From a virus: a DNA stretch of 64,000 nt. Where the stretch lies: IMG/VR virus record IMGVR_UViG_3300047550_004845, positions 7,906 through 71,905 of that record; one strand, given 5' to 3'. The translations under genes were made by a program, and so were the position numbers. This document shows positions 1-8,161 of the stretch, in pieces. The notes beneath the pieces were generated by a model that ran no database searches, was not told where the DNA came from, and saw nothing but the letters and a program-made list of their open reading frames with translations. Position 1 is the first letter of the stretch; every line of letters starts with the position of its first letter.

Positions 1-1
1 T

Positions 2-184
2 TTTAACTTCAACCAGTCCTTGATTGACAGTCAGAACCACGTGATCCCAACCTGGGCAGACGTGCTTAACCGCGCCAACCTGGGTATGGAAGTGATGCAT
101 GAGCGTAACGCACACAACTTCCCCCTCGACCTAGCGAGCGTAGAGGCCATCCCGGTGGCTCTTACTGCTCCCGCGATCGGTTGA
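2..184 (+). CDS. psbA: Photosystem II D1 protein, C-terminal part (gene starts before the window)
   Basis: Frame 2 reads [60 protein letters not shown]-stop, the D1 C-terminus with its processed extension. Not in the ORF track. Confidence 0.98.
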   Translation, partial: FNFNQSLIDSQNHVIPTWADVLNRANLGMEVMHERNAHNFPLDLASVEAIPVALTAPAIG

Positions 185-190
185 TAACGC

Positions 191-221
191 AGGAGACCCC
201 CGGTGGGTCTCCTTTTTTTTT
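191..221 (+). terminator. Rho-independent terminator after psbA
   Basis: AGGAGACCC-ccggt-GGGTCTCCT hairpin followed by a T run. Confidence 0.92.
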
Positions 222-245
222 GTCTACAAATACACCTCGCCCCTC

Positions 246-275
246 TTGACAAACCCCATCAACCCGGTCTAAAGT
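246..275 (+). promoter_or_regulatory. Sigma70-like promoter
   Basis: TTGACA (246-251), 18-nt spacer, TAAAGT (270-275), upstream of the ATG at 296. Confidence 0.55.
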
Positions 276-295
276 AGACTAGAAGCAGACAATCT

Positions 296-538
296 ATGCC
301 TTACCCAGAACTCTACTACTACGGACTTCTCGTGTTGTTCTCGATAGTAGTCTATATGATCGTGGTTGACAGAAATGTTGCAACCTACATCATACTACTG
401 ACTAAGATCGCGCGGTTGAAGGTAAATAGGTTCGTCTTCTGGCTCAGAATTTACCCACGTCTGCGGTTTGACACCTTCTGGCTCAAGAGAAAGTCAAGGA
501 AAGCGTTGGAAATACGGAAAACGGACAGCACTAACTAA
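296..538 (+). CDS. Small membrane protein, hypothetical
   Basis: N-terminal hydrophobic helix and basic tail; first gene after the promoter. Confidence 0.7.
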   Translation: MPYPELYYYGLLVLFSIVVYMIVVDRNVATYIILLTKIARLKVNRFVFWLRIYPRLRFDTFWLKRKSRKALEIRKTDSTN

Positions 539-557
539 CTCACCGGAGGTTCTCCTC

Positions 558-731
558 ATGCTCCAAGAAGAATGGATCGAACTCAATGAAATGCACGCAA
601 GACTCGACGACAACAACCTTATGTCGTTCTCCTCGGAGTTTCTGGAACGTTACTCTGAGCTTTTCGCGAAGTCTCTGCACGGCAAGGGCGACCCAGTTTT
701 CTTCCCTGGATCCGACAACTCCCTGGTATGA
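558..731 (+). CDS. Hypothetical protein
   Basis: GGAGG at 545-549 precedes ATG 558; MLQEEWIELNEMHARL...SLHGKGD. Confidence 0.6.
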   Translation: MLQEEWIELNEMHARLDDNNLMSFSSEFLERYSELFAKSLHGKGDPVFFPGSDNSLV

Positions 732-829
732 GTGGCACTCATACTCCGAGTGCTGCAGGAGTCTCGGGGTGACACCCTCACTGAGACGATTCATCATTTA
801 TAACACCTACTACCGGAGCGTTACAAGCA

Positions 830-982
830 ATGACTGAGATCACTCTAATCCTTCTGATCTGCGTACTTATCTCGGAGCGGCACCGTCTCTCCACCAGGAT
901 CCTCTCGCTCGAGAAGGACCTATCCGCACTGAAGTCCGACGCCACCTCCAGGCTCTCGAGTTTCTCCTTGGGTGGCAAGTGA
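830..982 (+). CDS. Small hypothetical protein (50 aa)
   Basis: MTEITLILLICVLISERHRL...GGK-stop; fills the gap and its stop overlaps the next start. Not in the ORF track. Confidence 0.45.
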   Translation: MTEITLILLICVLISERHRLSTRILSLEKDLSALKSDATSRLSSFSLGGK

Positions 983-1179
983 TGTACGAGGATCTCACCG
1001 CCTTCGAGCGGGCACTTGCAAGATTTGGTGACAAGGTCGCACTTATCGCGGGTCTTGAGATCGCGGATAAAATGTCCCCCGAGAATGCTTACCAGGAGAT
1101 CAAGAACCTTTACAAGGAACTGAAAAAACTGAGGAAGGAGGAAAGGAGGTCATGGGAGTCTAACGATGATGGTACTTGA
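979..1179 (+). CDS. Small helical protein of a conserved cyanophage/cyanobacterial type
   Basis: FERALARFGDKVALIAGLEIADKMSPENAYQEIKNLYKELKK resembles a recurrent cyanobacterial family (recalled, not searched). Confidence 0.7.
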   Translation: MMYEDLTAFERALARFGDKVALIAGLEIADKMSPENAYQEIKNLYKELKKLRKEERRSWESNDDGT

Positions 1180-1840
1180 CGAGTTGGTATCGGAACTCTT
1201 CCGGGACTGGAGTAGGTCGGACACGCTGCCGGACTGGCTCGGTGATCTGGAGGTATCGGGTAACGCCCAGATAAAGTCTACGGCGTGGGAGGGAGAGAGT
1301 ATCAGGAGAGCCCGCTTGTGCCAGTTATCAGTCCCCGAGAAGTTCTCCGCCGAGACTCTCGTCATCTACCCTTCCACCTCGAGTGATTCTCCGGTTTTCG
1401 GTTGTGAGTACCTGCGGATAGGGGGTAAAAAATTCTTCGGGGGCGTCGACTTTCATCCACTGTGCCAGTCAAAACCCTACCTGCAGAGATATATCGAGAG
1501 GTACCTAGGAGACCTACCGGAGACGTCAATTCAGAACTCCAAGTTCTACGACTTACGTACCTACTTCTCCAAGCGGTTTTGGATGAGGAAAGACCGGTCG
1601 GATTTCTACGGCGATTTTCTTGACAGAACCAAGGACTTCCTGGTAAGATACAGACTTCTACTGTCGGAATCGGACGGTTTACTATTTGTCCCTTCGGCTT
1701 TGGAGTCACAGAGGAACTACGATCTGCACATGGGATTAAATGATCCAGCTCAAGGTATACTCAAAGCGTACTTCTCCGAGTCATTCGCGGAACTTTACAT
1801 TCGACAATTCCTATTCGACCTGATCAACGATCACTCATGA
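1166..1840 (+). CDS. Ferredoxin-dependent bilin reductase (PebA/PebB/PebS-like)
   Basis: Motifs VIYP...PVFGCEYL, DFHPL, FYDLRTYFSK, YDLHM..NDPAQGILKAYF..FAE.YIRQFLF align with the FDBR family. Confidence 0.85.
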   Translation: MMVLDELVSELFRDWSRSDTLPDWLGDLEVSGNAQIKSTAWEGESIRRARLCQLSVPEKFSAETLVIYPSTSSDSPVFGCEYLRIGGKKFFGGVDFHPLCQSKPYLQRYIERYLGDLPETSIQNSKFYDLRTYFSKRFWMRKDRSDFYGDFLDRTKDFLVRYRLLLSESDGLLFVPSALESQRNYDLHMGLNDPAQGILKAYFSESFAELYIRQFLFDLINDHS

Positions 1841-2247
1841 AGACTATAGTAACATCCGATATCTACGCGCAGATAAAACCCAAGAGTCTTCCGGTACTAA
1901 GGGATCTCGCCAACTCCGGTAATAAGTACGCGCCTTTCGCATTCAAGAATCTTACCTCCAGAGGTTACGGAAGACTTACCAGTGAACTCACGCTCCCGGA
2001 ACCGACCGTGTACGCCATCGATTTTCTCACGTTTACTAATCTTGAAGTCTTTCTAATACTCAGTAAAGCGATAAAGATCGTGGAGAACACCGAACAGTAC
2101 ACCGAGTACCTTCTTAACAGCACTTTTGGAGAACCGAAATTTGTTATAAATCCGCCGGGTACTATCCGGTTCTACTCACAGGATCTTATCTGTTTTTACA
2201 ATGGAAAAAGCTGGAGAAAATTTGACAGACGAACTATTCACGTTTAG
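1837..2247 (+). CDS. Hypothetical protein
   Basis: 136-aa ORF coupled to the upstream gene by ATGA. Confidence 0.7.
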   Translation: MKTIVTSDIYAQIKPKSLPVLRDLANSGNKYAPFAFKNLTSRGYGRLTSELTLPEPTVYAIDFLTFTNLEVFLILSKAIKIVENTEQYTEYLLNSTFGEPKFVINPPGTIRFYSQDLICFYNGKSWRKFDRRTIHV

Positions 2248-3019
2248 GTACCCCGGCAGAGAACCCAGATTCCTGGACGGATTTATATCGAAAAAACCCG
2301 AGATACTAGACTACTTAATCTATGACGTTAACCTCACTACAGGAAGACTTCTCTACCTATCCAGGGGTGGCATGGGAGTTACGCGTGAGCCATACATCGT
2401 GAGAATGCACCAGTGGATTAAGACTTCCACAGTGAGACATGCTCTAGAAGGGTTATGTGAGAGGGGGAGCAGCAAGTGGAGGTTCATGAAGTCCAGAGAG
2501 CGATTCAACGAGAGACCGACAAAACTAGGATCTTGGGCAGACTGCGCAGAATTGTACCTTCTCTGGTTAGAATCCAATTTTACTCACAGGTACAGACTAA
2601 ATGGGTACGAAGGATCGTATCTTCCATCTAAGTTGAAGTTAGATCAGCTTTTGAACGCCTCCCAAGTGAGTAGAGAAAAAGACCTTCTCTTTCGTGAGGA
2701 GGACCTATTCTCCTTCAAGGAGAATGTAATAACTGACGACATGATTGTCTACTCCCACCTTCCCAGAGAATTCGGGAAATTCGGCGCCGGATGGGTGTGG
2801 AGTAGATCTAATCTGGAGAAGTTCGTAAGAGTCGTACTGGAGTTTGCGTCGTTTGGTAGAAAGATACTCATCTCCGCTCAATTTGAGGTCCGAGGTAGAG
2901 TTGAACTGGACTACCGAGAGTGCTTTCCGGACTTCGACTATATCATCGTTCCGGAGTTTAAAGACTCTTCATCATTTCTAGGTTCAAAGAACTCGGAGAT
3001 ATACCTTTTTAACTTCTAA
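2201..3019 (+). CDS. Dam-family (D12 class) adenine methyltransferase-like protein lacking catalytic motifs
   Basis: FRYPG (motif X), RERFN...AELYL..NFTHRYRLNG, IVYSHLPR in place of VYxDPPY, KILIS, C-terminal EIYLFNF. Confidence 0.7.
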   Translation: MEKAGENLTDELFTFRYPGREPRFLDGFISKKPEILDYLIYDVNLTTGRLLYLSRGGMGVTREPYIVRMHQWIKTSTVRHALEGLCERGSSKWRFMKSRERFNERPTKLGSWADCAELYLLWLESNFTHRYRLNGYEGSYLPSKLKLDQLLNASQVSREKDLLFREEDLFSFKENVITDDMIVYSHLPREFGKFGAGWVWSRSNLEKFVRVVLEFASFGRKILISAQFEVRGRVELDYRECFPDFDYIIVPEFKDSSSFLGSKNSEIYLFNF

Positions 3020-3022
3020 CTA

Positions 3023-3349
3023 ATGGGAAAGCACTTCTTACTTAACATCTACGGCGCCGACGCGTTACTCCTTACAGAGATGCAGGGTTTTGTGGACTTC
3101 ATAAGACCCACGTTAGACGAGTGTATGGCGGAAGTGGTCGGCGAATCGTCGCATAAGTTCGAGCCGGGAGGCTACACCTACCTGGCTCTGCTTAGTACCT
3201 CCCATTTCTCCATTCACACATGGCCCGAGAATAACTGCGCGGCAATAGACATGTTCTCGTGTGGCGAGATTCTAGCAGATGCTTTGATAAACTACGTCAT
3301 CAAGTACTTCAATCCTGAGTCGTACGATATTAAGATGATCAGAAGGTGA
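3023..3349 (+). CDS. speD: S-adenosylmethionine decarboxylase proenzyme (class 1b-like)
   Basis: MGKHFLL, HKFEPGGYT, LLSTSHFSIHTWPE, AAIDMFSCG. Confidence 0.9.
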   Translation: MGKHFLLNIYGADALLLTEMQGFVDFIRPTLDECMAEVVGESSHKFEPGGYTYLALLSTSHFSIHTWPENNCAAIDMFSCGEILADALINYVIKYFNPESYDIKMIRR

Positions 3350-3383
3350 TATAATACTACGGCAATCCACTACCGGACCGATT

Positions 3384-3527
3384 ATGGCAAGAGTAACTGT
3401 TAAAAATGGTAAGAAACTCATTCTCACCTCGCCTAAAACCACGAGGCAGGGAAAGTCAAGGAACACGAAACTATCCGCCTCCGCGAGGAACGGTGCTAAG
3501 AAGAGGTACAGGGGCCAGGGTAACTAA
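3384..3527 (+). CDS. Small highly basic protein (47 aa)
   Basis: MARVTVKNGKKLILTSPKTTRQGKSRNTKLSASARNGAKKRYRGQGN; TGATATAAT extended -10 upstream near 3347. Not in the ORF track. Confidence 0.8.
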   Translation: MARVTVKNGKKLILTSPKTTRQGKSRNTKLSASARNGAKKRYRGQGN

Positions 3528-3562
3528 CTCGCCCCAACCCTTCAGTTTAAAATAGGAACCTA

Positions 3563-5362
3563 TCAGTCCGTCATAGAGACACGAGCGATTCTCACCTGAA
3601 CCTGGGCATTAGCAGCTACCGTGGCCGCGGTGGCGGTGAAGGTGAGATTCACGTTGTCCCCGGAGATAGTAGCATCGAGTGTCCCTAGTATCGAGGAGTT
3701 CCAGACTGCTGCGTACTCGGTCAGGTACGCCACTGTTCCGTCGTGGATGAGAAGGACCTCAGCGGTGTGGTAGTTCACACCCTGCCTCATCTGAACCAGG
3801 TACTTACCGGTCACGTACTGGGTCCTATCAAACGTATTCACTGTGGTGGCCGTGGCGGTACCAGCCGCGATAGTGACGTAAGATGTCTGAATCCTCGTGT
3901 TATCCTCGTAGGTACCCGATCCATTCGGCTGTGCCTGGATATCCACGGAGTCCTTGAAACTTGCCGTACTGGCGATAACATCCCCGTCCTTATCGATGCT
4001 GAATTTACTAGCCCCACTGACCTGCAGATCGAGGAGAAGGGAATTAGCCGCGGAGGACGTGTCGATCACGTTGACCTTAGCGGCGGTCTGGAGCGTGCCA
4101 CCAGTGAACTCGATTTTGCTGTCCGTCTTACCGTAGGCATCTACGGAGAAGTAACGATTCGGCGATCCGTAGAAGTTTACGAGTTTGGACCCGGCTTGGA
4201 AGTCCGTCTCCGTGACCTGGAGGTCTATACCCGTGAAGATGGTACTCGAGCTATTCCACGTCTGCTCCGAGTCGATCTCCCCGGTTATATCCACAGAGAA
4301 GGTCCTGTTATTACCTCCACTAAGCTTGATGAGCTTGGACCCCGCGGCGTACGCGGAGTTCATCACAGAGATATCTATTCCGTAGAATATGCTGTTAGCA
4401 TCGCTCCAAACCGCCGTACCGGCGATCAGTTTCGTAGTGGCAATAAGACCCTGGTCGATGGTAAGGGTGCCATTGTACGCAGAACTGTTGACGGACAGGG
4501 CTCCGTCCTTCCGGAGCAGTAACTTCTGATTATTTCCTACGGCAATATCGATAAGATTCGAGGAGGCATCGGACGCCGTATCCGTGATATCCATCTCGAA
4601 GGCTTTGAACGCGATTGCGGCATTGTTCCATGTCTGGTCGATATCCAATGCCGGGGAGGAAGCCGTGAGCGCGGCCGATGGCTCCAGTTTCGCGTATTTG
4701 ACCTCGATACCACCCTTTGTTCCCGTGAAGTCCGGCCTTGGGGAGGAGACATCTGACTGCGTACTGGAGCCGTTGTAAGTGGCGTCCAGCAGGAAGGTAA
4801 AATTGTTAGTAAGATCTTTGTAACCGAAAAAACCCTTCTTAGGAGTGGTGTCAACGTAGTTGAATTGTATACCCAGGTCCTGGTCAAGGTCCCTGAGTGG
4901 GTTCAACGTGAATTTCTGGCTTCCACTGCCGGCGGAGGTGATGGCGATAGCCACACCACCCTGGGTACCGGAGATCGTTATAGTTCTGTAGTTAGAACTG
5001 GTTACGCTACTATCCTTACTGATTACGTAGTATATATTGCCACTTGTCAACCCGGTCGGAAGAGTCCCACCCGCTCCTAACTCGTACTTTACGGCATCTC
5101 CTACGGCGATGTCATCGAAATCCTCCAGAGCGAACTTGATACGTCCCGGGGTTCCGGCGATGATGGACTCAGCCGTGTACTGCTTACCCGAATCTCCCAG
5201 GGTGATTATCGGGTCGACGGAGGTAATGGTTCTTGTATCGACGACTGTCGATACGCCACGAACGGTCAGGTCGTTTACGGTGACGTTCCTCTTCTCGTCG
5301 ACAAACGGCAGACCGTCTACGGTTATGCCGTATTTTACATCGAACTTCTTAGTCTGCGCCAT
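3563..5362 (-). CDS. Virion structural / tail-fibre-like protein
   Basis: 599 aa, T/S/G-rich, with internal repeats (QTWN..F.G.DI.VT...AGSKL). C-terminal domain resembles that of 49935..51917 and N-terminus resembles 51980..52201. Preceded by GTTTAAAG. Confidence 0.8.
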   Translation of the reverse strand: MAQTKKFDVKYGITVDGLPFVDEKRNVTVNDLTVRGVSTVVDTRTITSVDPIITLGDSGKQYTAESIIAGTPGRIKFALEDFDDIAVGDAVKYELGAGGTLPTGLTSGNIYYVISKDSSVTSSNYRTITISGTQGGVAIAITSAGSGSQKFTLNPLRDLDQDLGIQFNYVDTTPKKGFFGYKDLTNNFTFLLDATYNGSSTQSDVSSPRPDFTGTKGGIEVKYAKLEPSAALTASSPALDIDQTWNNAAIAFKAFEMDITDTASDASSNLIDIAVGNNQKLLLRKDGALSVNSSAYNGTLTIDQGLIATTKLIAGTAVWSDANSIFYGIDISVMNSAYAAGSKLIKLSGGNNRTFSVDITGEIDSEQTWNSSSTIFTGIDLQVTETDFQAGSKLVNFYGSPNRYFSVDAYGKTDSKIEFTGGTLQTAAKVNVIDTSSAANSLLLDLQVSGASKFSIDKDGDVIASTASFKDSVDIQAQPNGSGTYEDNTRIQTSYVTIAAGTATATTVNTFDRTQYVTGKYLVQMRQGVNYHTAEVLLIHDGTVAYLTEYAAVWNSSILGTLDATISGDNVNLTFTATAATVAANAQVQVRIARVSMTD

Positions 5363-5390
5363 AACAGGTCGTATCTCGTATTTATTACAA

Positions 5391-5398
5391 CTTTAAAC
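5391..5398 (-). promoter_or_regulatory. GTTTAAAG putative late-promoter motif
   Basis: Minus strand reads GTTTAAAGTTGTAATAAATA, 29 nt before ATG 5362; near-identical context at 29122. Confidence 0.7.
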
Positions 5399-5407
5399 TA
5401 CTGGGGG

Positions 5408-5438
5408 TTGACAGGGAGGCGAAGTATGATATGATAGT
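5408..5438 (+). promoter_or_regulatory. Sigma70-like promoter
   Basis: TTGACA 5408-5413 and TATGAT 5430-5435; the 15-mer GTATGATATGATAGT recurs at 7481-7495. Confidence 0.7.
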
Positions 5439-5481
5439 GAGGTGGAACACGTCCCATCCCATCCGCAAAGGTACCAGAGTT

Positions 5482-5799
5482 ATGTGGCTTTTTACTCCGA
5501 CAGGATTTATATCGGTAGTGGCTGATAAGAACGATCCAAATAACGAACGACTCCTAGTCCGGTCAAGAAAGCGGAACCATATCTCCTCTGTTTTTCCGCA
5601 GGCTGACATCTTCTCGAAGACTCCGAGCGATTACCAGTGGAGGGCCTGGGTGCTTCGTGAGGACGTTATCGAAGTGATGGAGAAACTCGTGAAATCACTC
5701 AACTATACTAACTTCAAGAACGCGATCCCAGACGACCATTACCACGATGCGTGCACGGGGGTCTGGGATGTCATGTACCGTTCCTATTCCCACCGCTAA
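5482..5799 (+). CDS. Conserved hypothetical protein
   Basis: MWLFTPTGFISVV...LLVRSR...SDYQWRA...LNYTNFKN; likely start is ATG 5482. Confidence 0.75.
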   Translation: MWLFTPTGFISVVADKNDPNNERLLVRSRKRNHISSVFPQADIFSKTPSDYQWRAWVLREDVIEVMEKLVKSLNYTNFKNAIPDDHYHDACTGVWDVMYRSYSHR

Positions 5800-5835
5800 T
5801 ACCTGGTATAATACCCACGTACTTACAAATCACTT

Positions 5836-6261
5836 ATGTACTTCGCAGCAGCAATCCAGGCCGTGAATGCGGCACTCAAGAAGAGCAACGAGTTGGGCAC
5901 CAAGATGAACATCGCGGTAGTCGATCGAGGCGGGAATCTAGTAGCATTTGCTCGAGAGGACGGTGCTTGGGTCGGAAGCGTAGATATCTCGGTGAAGAAA
6001 GCCCGTACGGCAACCTTCTTCGACATGGAGACGGAAGAGATCGGTAAACTCTCACAGCCTGGGGGTAGTCTCTACAATATCGAGCACTCCAATGGTGGCC
6101 TGATCACCTTCCCTGGAGGTATCCCACTGGTGGCACCCGATGGCACCATTCTAGGTGGTGTCGGTGTATCGGGGTCGACTGTTGAGGACGATAAAGTAGT
6201 CGCTCAGGCTGCCGTGGAGGGGTTTAAGGAAGCTTTCTCCACTTCATCCCAAGAGGGTTGA
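5836..6261 (+). CDS. GlcG/HbpS-family haem-binding protein (DUF336)
   Basis: [52 protein letters not shown]. Confidence 0.92.
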   Translation: MYFAAAIQAVNAALKKSNELGTKMNIAVVDRGGNLVAFAREDGAWVGSVDISVKKARTATFFDMETEEIGKLSQPGGSLYNIEHSNGGLITFPGGIPLVAPDGTILGGVGVSGSTVEDDKVVAQAAVEGFKEAFSTSSQEG

Positions 6262-6381
6262 TGGTTTAGATTAGTCCCGAGGAACGTTTATCACCTAGTG
6301 GCAATCGTTCCTCTCATTCTAAACTAAAGTGTTGAAAGATTTAATAAAGTTTTAAACAATCAATAGTCTCGATCAGATCTC

Positions 6382-6452
6382 GCGGGTATGGTGTAGAGGT
6401 AACATCTAAGCCTTCCAAGCTTCAGTCACCGGTTCGATCCCGGTTACCCGCT
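6382..6452 (+). tRNA. tRNA-Gly(TCC)
   Basis: GCGGGTA/TACCCGC acceptor, loop CTTCCAA, GGTTCGATCCC T-arm; no encoded CCA. Confidence 0.93.
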
Positions 6453-6535
6453 TAGGGGATAACAACGTAGTCGCTAGGCAGATAGTCCAGAAAGACGCGT
6501 AACCCCTTCCTCCGTTTTACAATTACTATCAAAGT

Positions 6536-7423
6536 ATGAAAAAGTTCGTCTCAGCAATTGGCGCTCTCAGCGCAGTTACTATGATTGCTCCGATGTCCGC
6601 AGTGGCTCAAGTAACCAGCGTTGGTCAACTGCGCGACGTCCAACCCACAGAGTGGTCGTACCAGGCGATCTCGAATCTGATCTCGCGGTACGGGTGCGTA
6701 GTCGGTTATCCCAATGGCACTTTCAAACCCGGTCAGCCTGCAACTCGCGCTGAGTTGGCGGCTCTGGTTAATTCCTGTCTTGACCGAATCACGGAGTTCT
6801 ATACCGCCGCCGATGCTGCCTCCGCCGCCGCTCTTCGCGCTGAGTTCTCCAAGGAACTTGCCTCCACCAACTCCCGTGTGGGTGCCCTTGAGACCGCCGC
6901 CGCCCAGAAGGCCCAAGGTGTTGGTAACTACGTTGGCGCCGGGGTCCTGCTCAACGCGCAGGGAGTCGGCGGTAATGGTTACGGGGCCACCCGCACTGTC
7001 TCCGGAGCGACCATCCAAGGACGTTACGCGGTGAAGACCTTCTCCAACCAGAATGCCATCTCCATCCGCCCTTACGTCAACCTCGTCGGGGCTCCGACTG
7101 GCCAGATCGGGGCCGCTGGTGGTGCTATGGTCTCCTACGATCTCAGTCTCGCTAAATCCGCTGTAGGGGTGAGCAAAGCCAACCTCTACGCCGGCGTGGG
7201 CTACCAGGTACCCTTTGTGAACAGCACCCTCTCCAACTTCCAGTCCGCCATCGGTGAGAAGGGTCAGGTTGTATTCGCCCTCGGTGTGGAGGGTCGAGTG
7301 ACCGACTCGCTGGTGGGCTTCGCGGATCTGAAACTCCCCACCACCAACGCCGGGAACAGTTACGGTGTAACCAATGCCGCGTACTCCCCGGTCCTGACCA
7401 CGGGCCTCGGAATTAAATTCTGA
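6536..7423 (+). CDS. SLH-domain outer-membrane porin-like protein
   Basis: Signal peptide; VTSVGQLRDVQPTEWSYQAISNLISRYGCVVGYPNGTF...TRAELAALVNSCLD matches the cyanobacterial porin SLH domain; beta-strand region ending in Phe. Confidence 0.88.
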   Translation: MKKFVSAIGALSAVTMIAPMSAVAQVTSVGQLRDVQPTEWSYQAISNLISRYGCVVGYPNGTFKPGQPATRAELAALVNSCLDRITEFYTAADAASAAALRAEFSKELASTNSRVGALETAAAQKAQGVGNYVGAGVLLNAQGVGGNGYGATRTVSGATIQGRYAVKTFSNQNAISIRPYVNLVGAPTGQIGAAGGAMVSYDLSLAKSAVGVSKANLYAGVGYQVPFVNSTLSNFQSAIGEKGQVVFALGVEGRVTDSLVGFADLKLPTTNAGNSYGVTNAAYSPVLTTGLGIKF

Positions 7424-7480
7424 CCAACTCGATAAAACAGTACCTATAGTGGCCATGGGGTCCGACAAGGGCCCCACCAC

Positions 7481-7495
7481 GTATGATATGATAGT
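7481..7495 (+). promoter_or_regulatory. Extended -10 promoter for the hli genes
   Basis: GTATGATATGATAGT, identical to 5424-5438. Confidence 0.55.
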
Positions 7496-7518
7496 TGAGG
7501 AGATTCAAAGAGGACCTA

Positions 7519-7713
7519 ATGACAGTAACAACTAACGAGCGGGGACAGCAGAATATGTGGGCTAAAGAACCCACCATGTACTACCACAACTACGGTATGC
7601 TCACACCCAACGAGGTGAAGGAACGTACCAACGGACGGTGGGCGATGATGGGAATTATCGCCGGATTCGTCTCTTACGCTATCACAGGCAAACTTTTCTT
7701 CGGAGTATTCTAA
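7519..7713 (+). CDS. hli: High-light-inducible protein
   Basis: NMWAKEP...ERTNGRWAMMG...GVF. Confidence 0.95.
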   Translation: MTVTTNERGQQNMWAKEPTMYYHNYGMLTPNEVKERTNGRWAMMGIIAGFVSYAITGKLFFGVF

Positions 7714-7832
7714 TGGACAAGATCTTTACCGAGACCGCCGAAAAACTCAACGGGCGAGTCGCTATGCTAGGATTTGTAGTAGCTGTCGGTTCGTACTTAA
7801 CCACTGGCCAGGTGATCCCTGGGATCTGGTGA
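7713..7832 (+). CDS. hli: High-light-inducible protein (39 aa)
   Basis: AEKLNGRVAMLGF...TGQVIPGIW; TAATG coupling to the upstream hli. Confidence 0.95.
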   Translation: MDKIFTETAEKLNGRVAMLGFVVAVGSYLTTGQVIPGIW

Positions 7833-7878
7833 AGAGACCATTGACAGACTGACAAGTCCGTACCTTGAAAATCTAACA

Positions 7879-7985
7879 CTCCCTTGCTCTCGCGATGCCT
7901 ACTAGGCAAGGGGGAAGTAGGCTTGTGCCGGGATGCCATTTGGAGGTTTGCTTAGTCCCGGAGCGAGAAAAATGCAAACCTCCAA
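7879..7985 (+). ncRNA. Structured non-coding module A (double pseudoknot candidate)
   Basis: Perfect 12-bp stem 7940-7951/7974-7985. Its loop carries TCCCGG and GCGAGA, complementary to CCGGGA (7928-7933) and TCTCGC (7888-7893). 5' stem 7879-7887/7906-7914. Confidence 0.6.
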
Positions 7986-7993
7986 TCGCCACT

Positions 7994-8157
7994 CTGCACC
8001 GGAAAGATAAACCGGAATGCCGGTGGCTCTAACCCCACACTGCTCAGTCGGTGTGGTGCAGCCAACACCCCAGGTCCGGCACGATCGGGTAGCCGTTGGG
8101 TGCTCTGGTCTGCGTTCTAAGTCCTGAGTAATCAGGCCGGGGGGATGGCCTCCCCCG
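7994..8157 (+). ncRNA. Structured non-coding module B (possibly related to the cyanophage manA RNA motif)
   Basis: Stems CTGCACC/GGTGCAG, CACCC/GGGTG, CCTGA-GTAA-TCAGG, CGGGGGG/TCCCCCG; pseudoknot TGCCGG (8018)/CCGGCA (8076). Family assignment is from memory only. Confidence 0.55.
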
Positions 8158-8161
8158 ACAT

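Noticed and set aside
6455-6506. Possible riboswitch between tRNA-Gly and the SLH porin-like gene
   Set aside because: Only a weak GGGG/CCCC closure, with no recognisable glutamine or other riboswitch consensus.
6551-7480. 309-aa minus-strand ORF, and similar long antisense ORFs such as 3743..4522, 11891..12715, 29430..30188 and 50655..51386
   Set aside because: Shadow frames of strongly codon-biased genes on the opposite strand; no motifs or translation signals.
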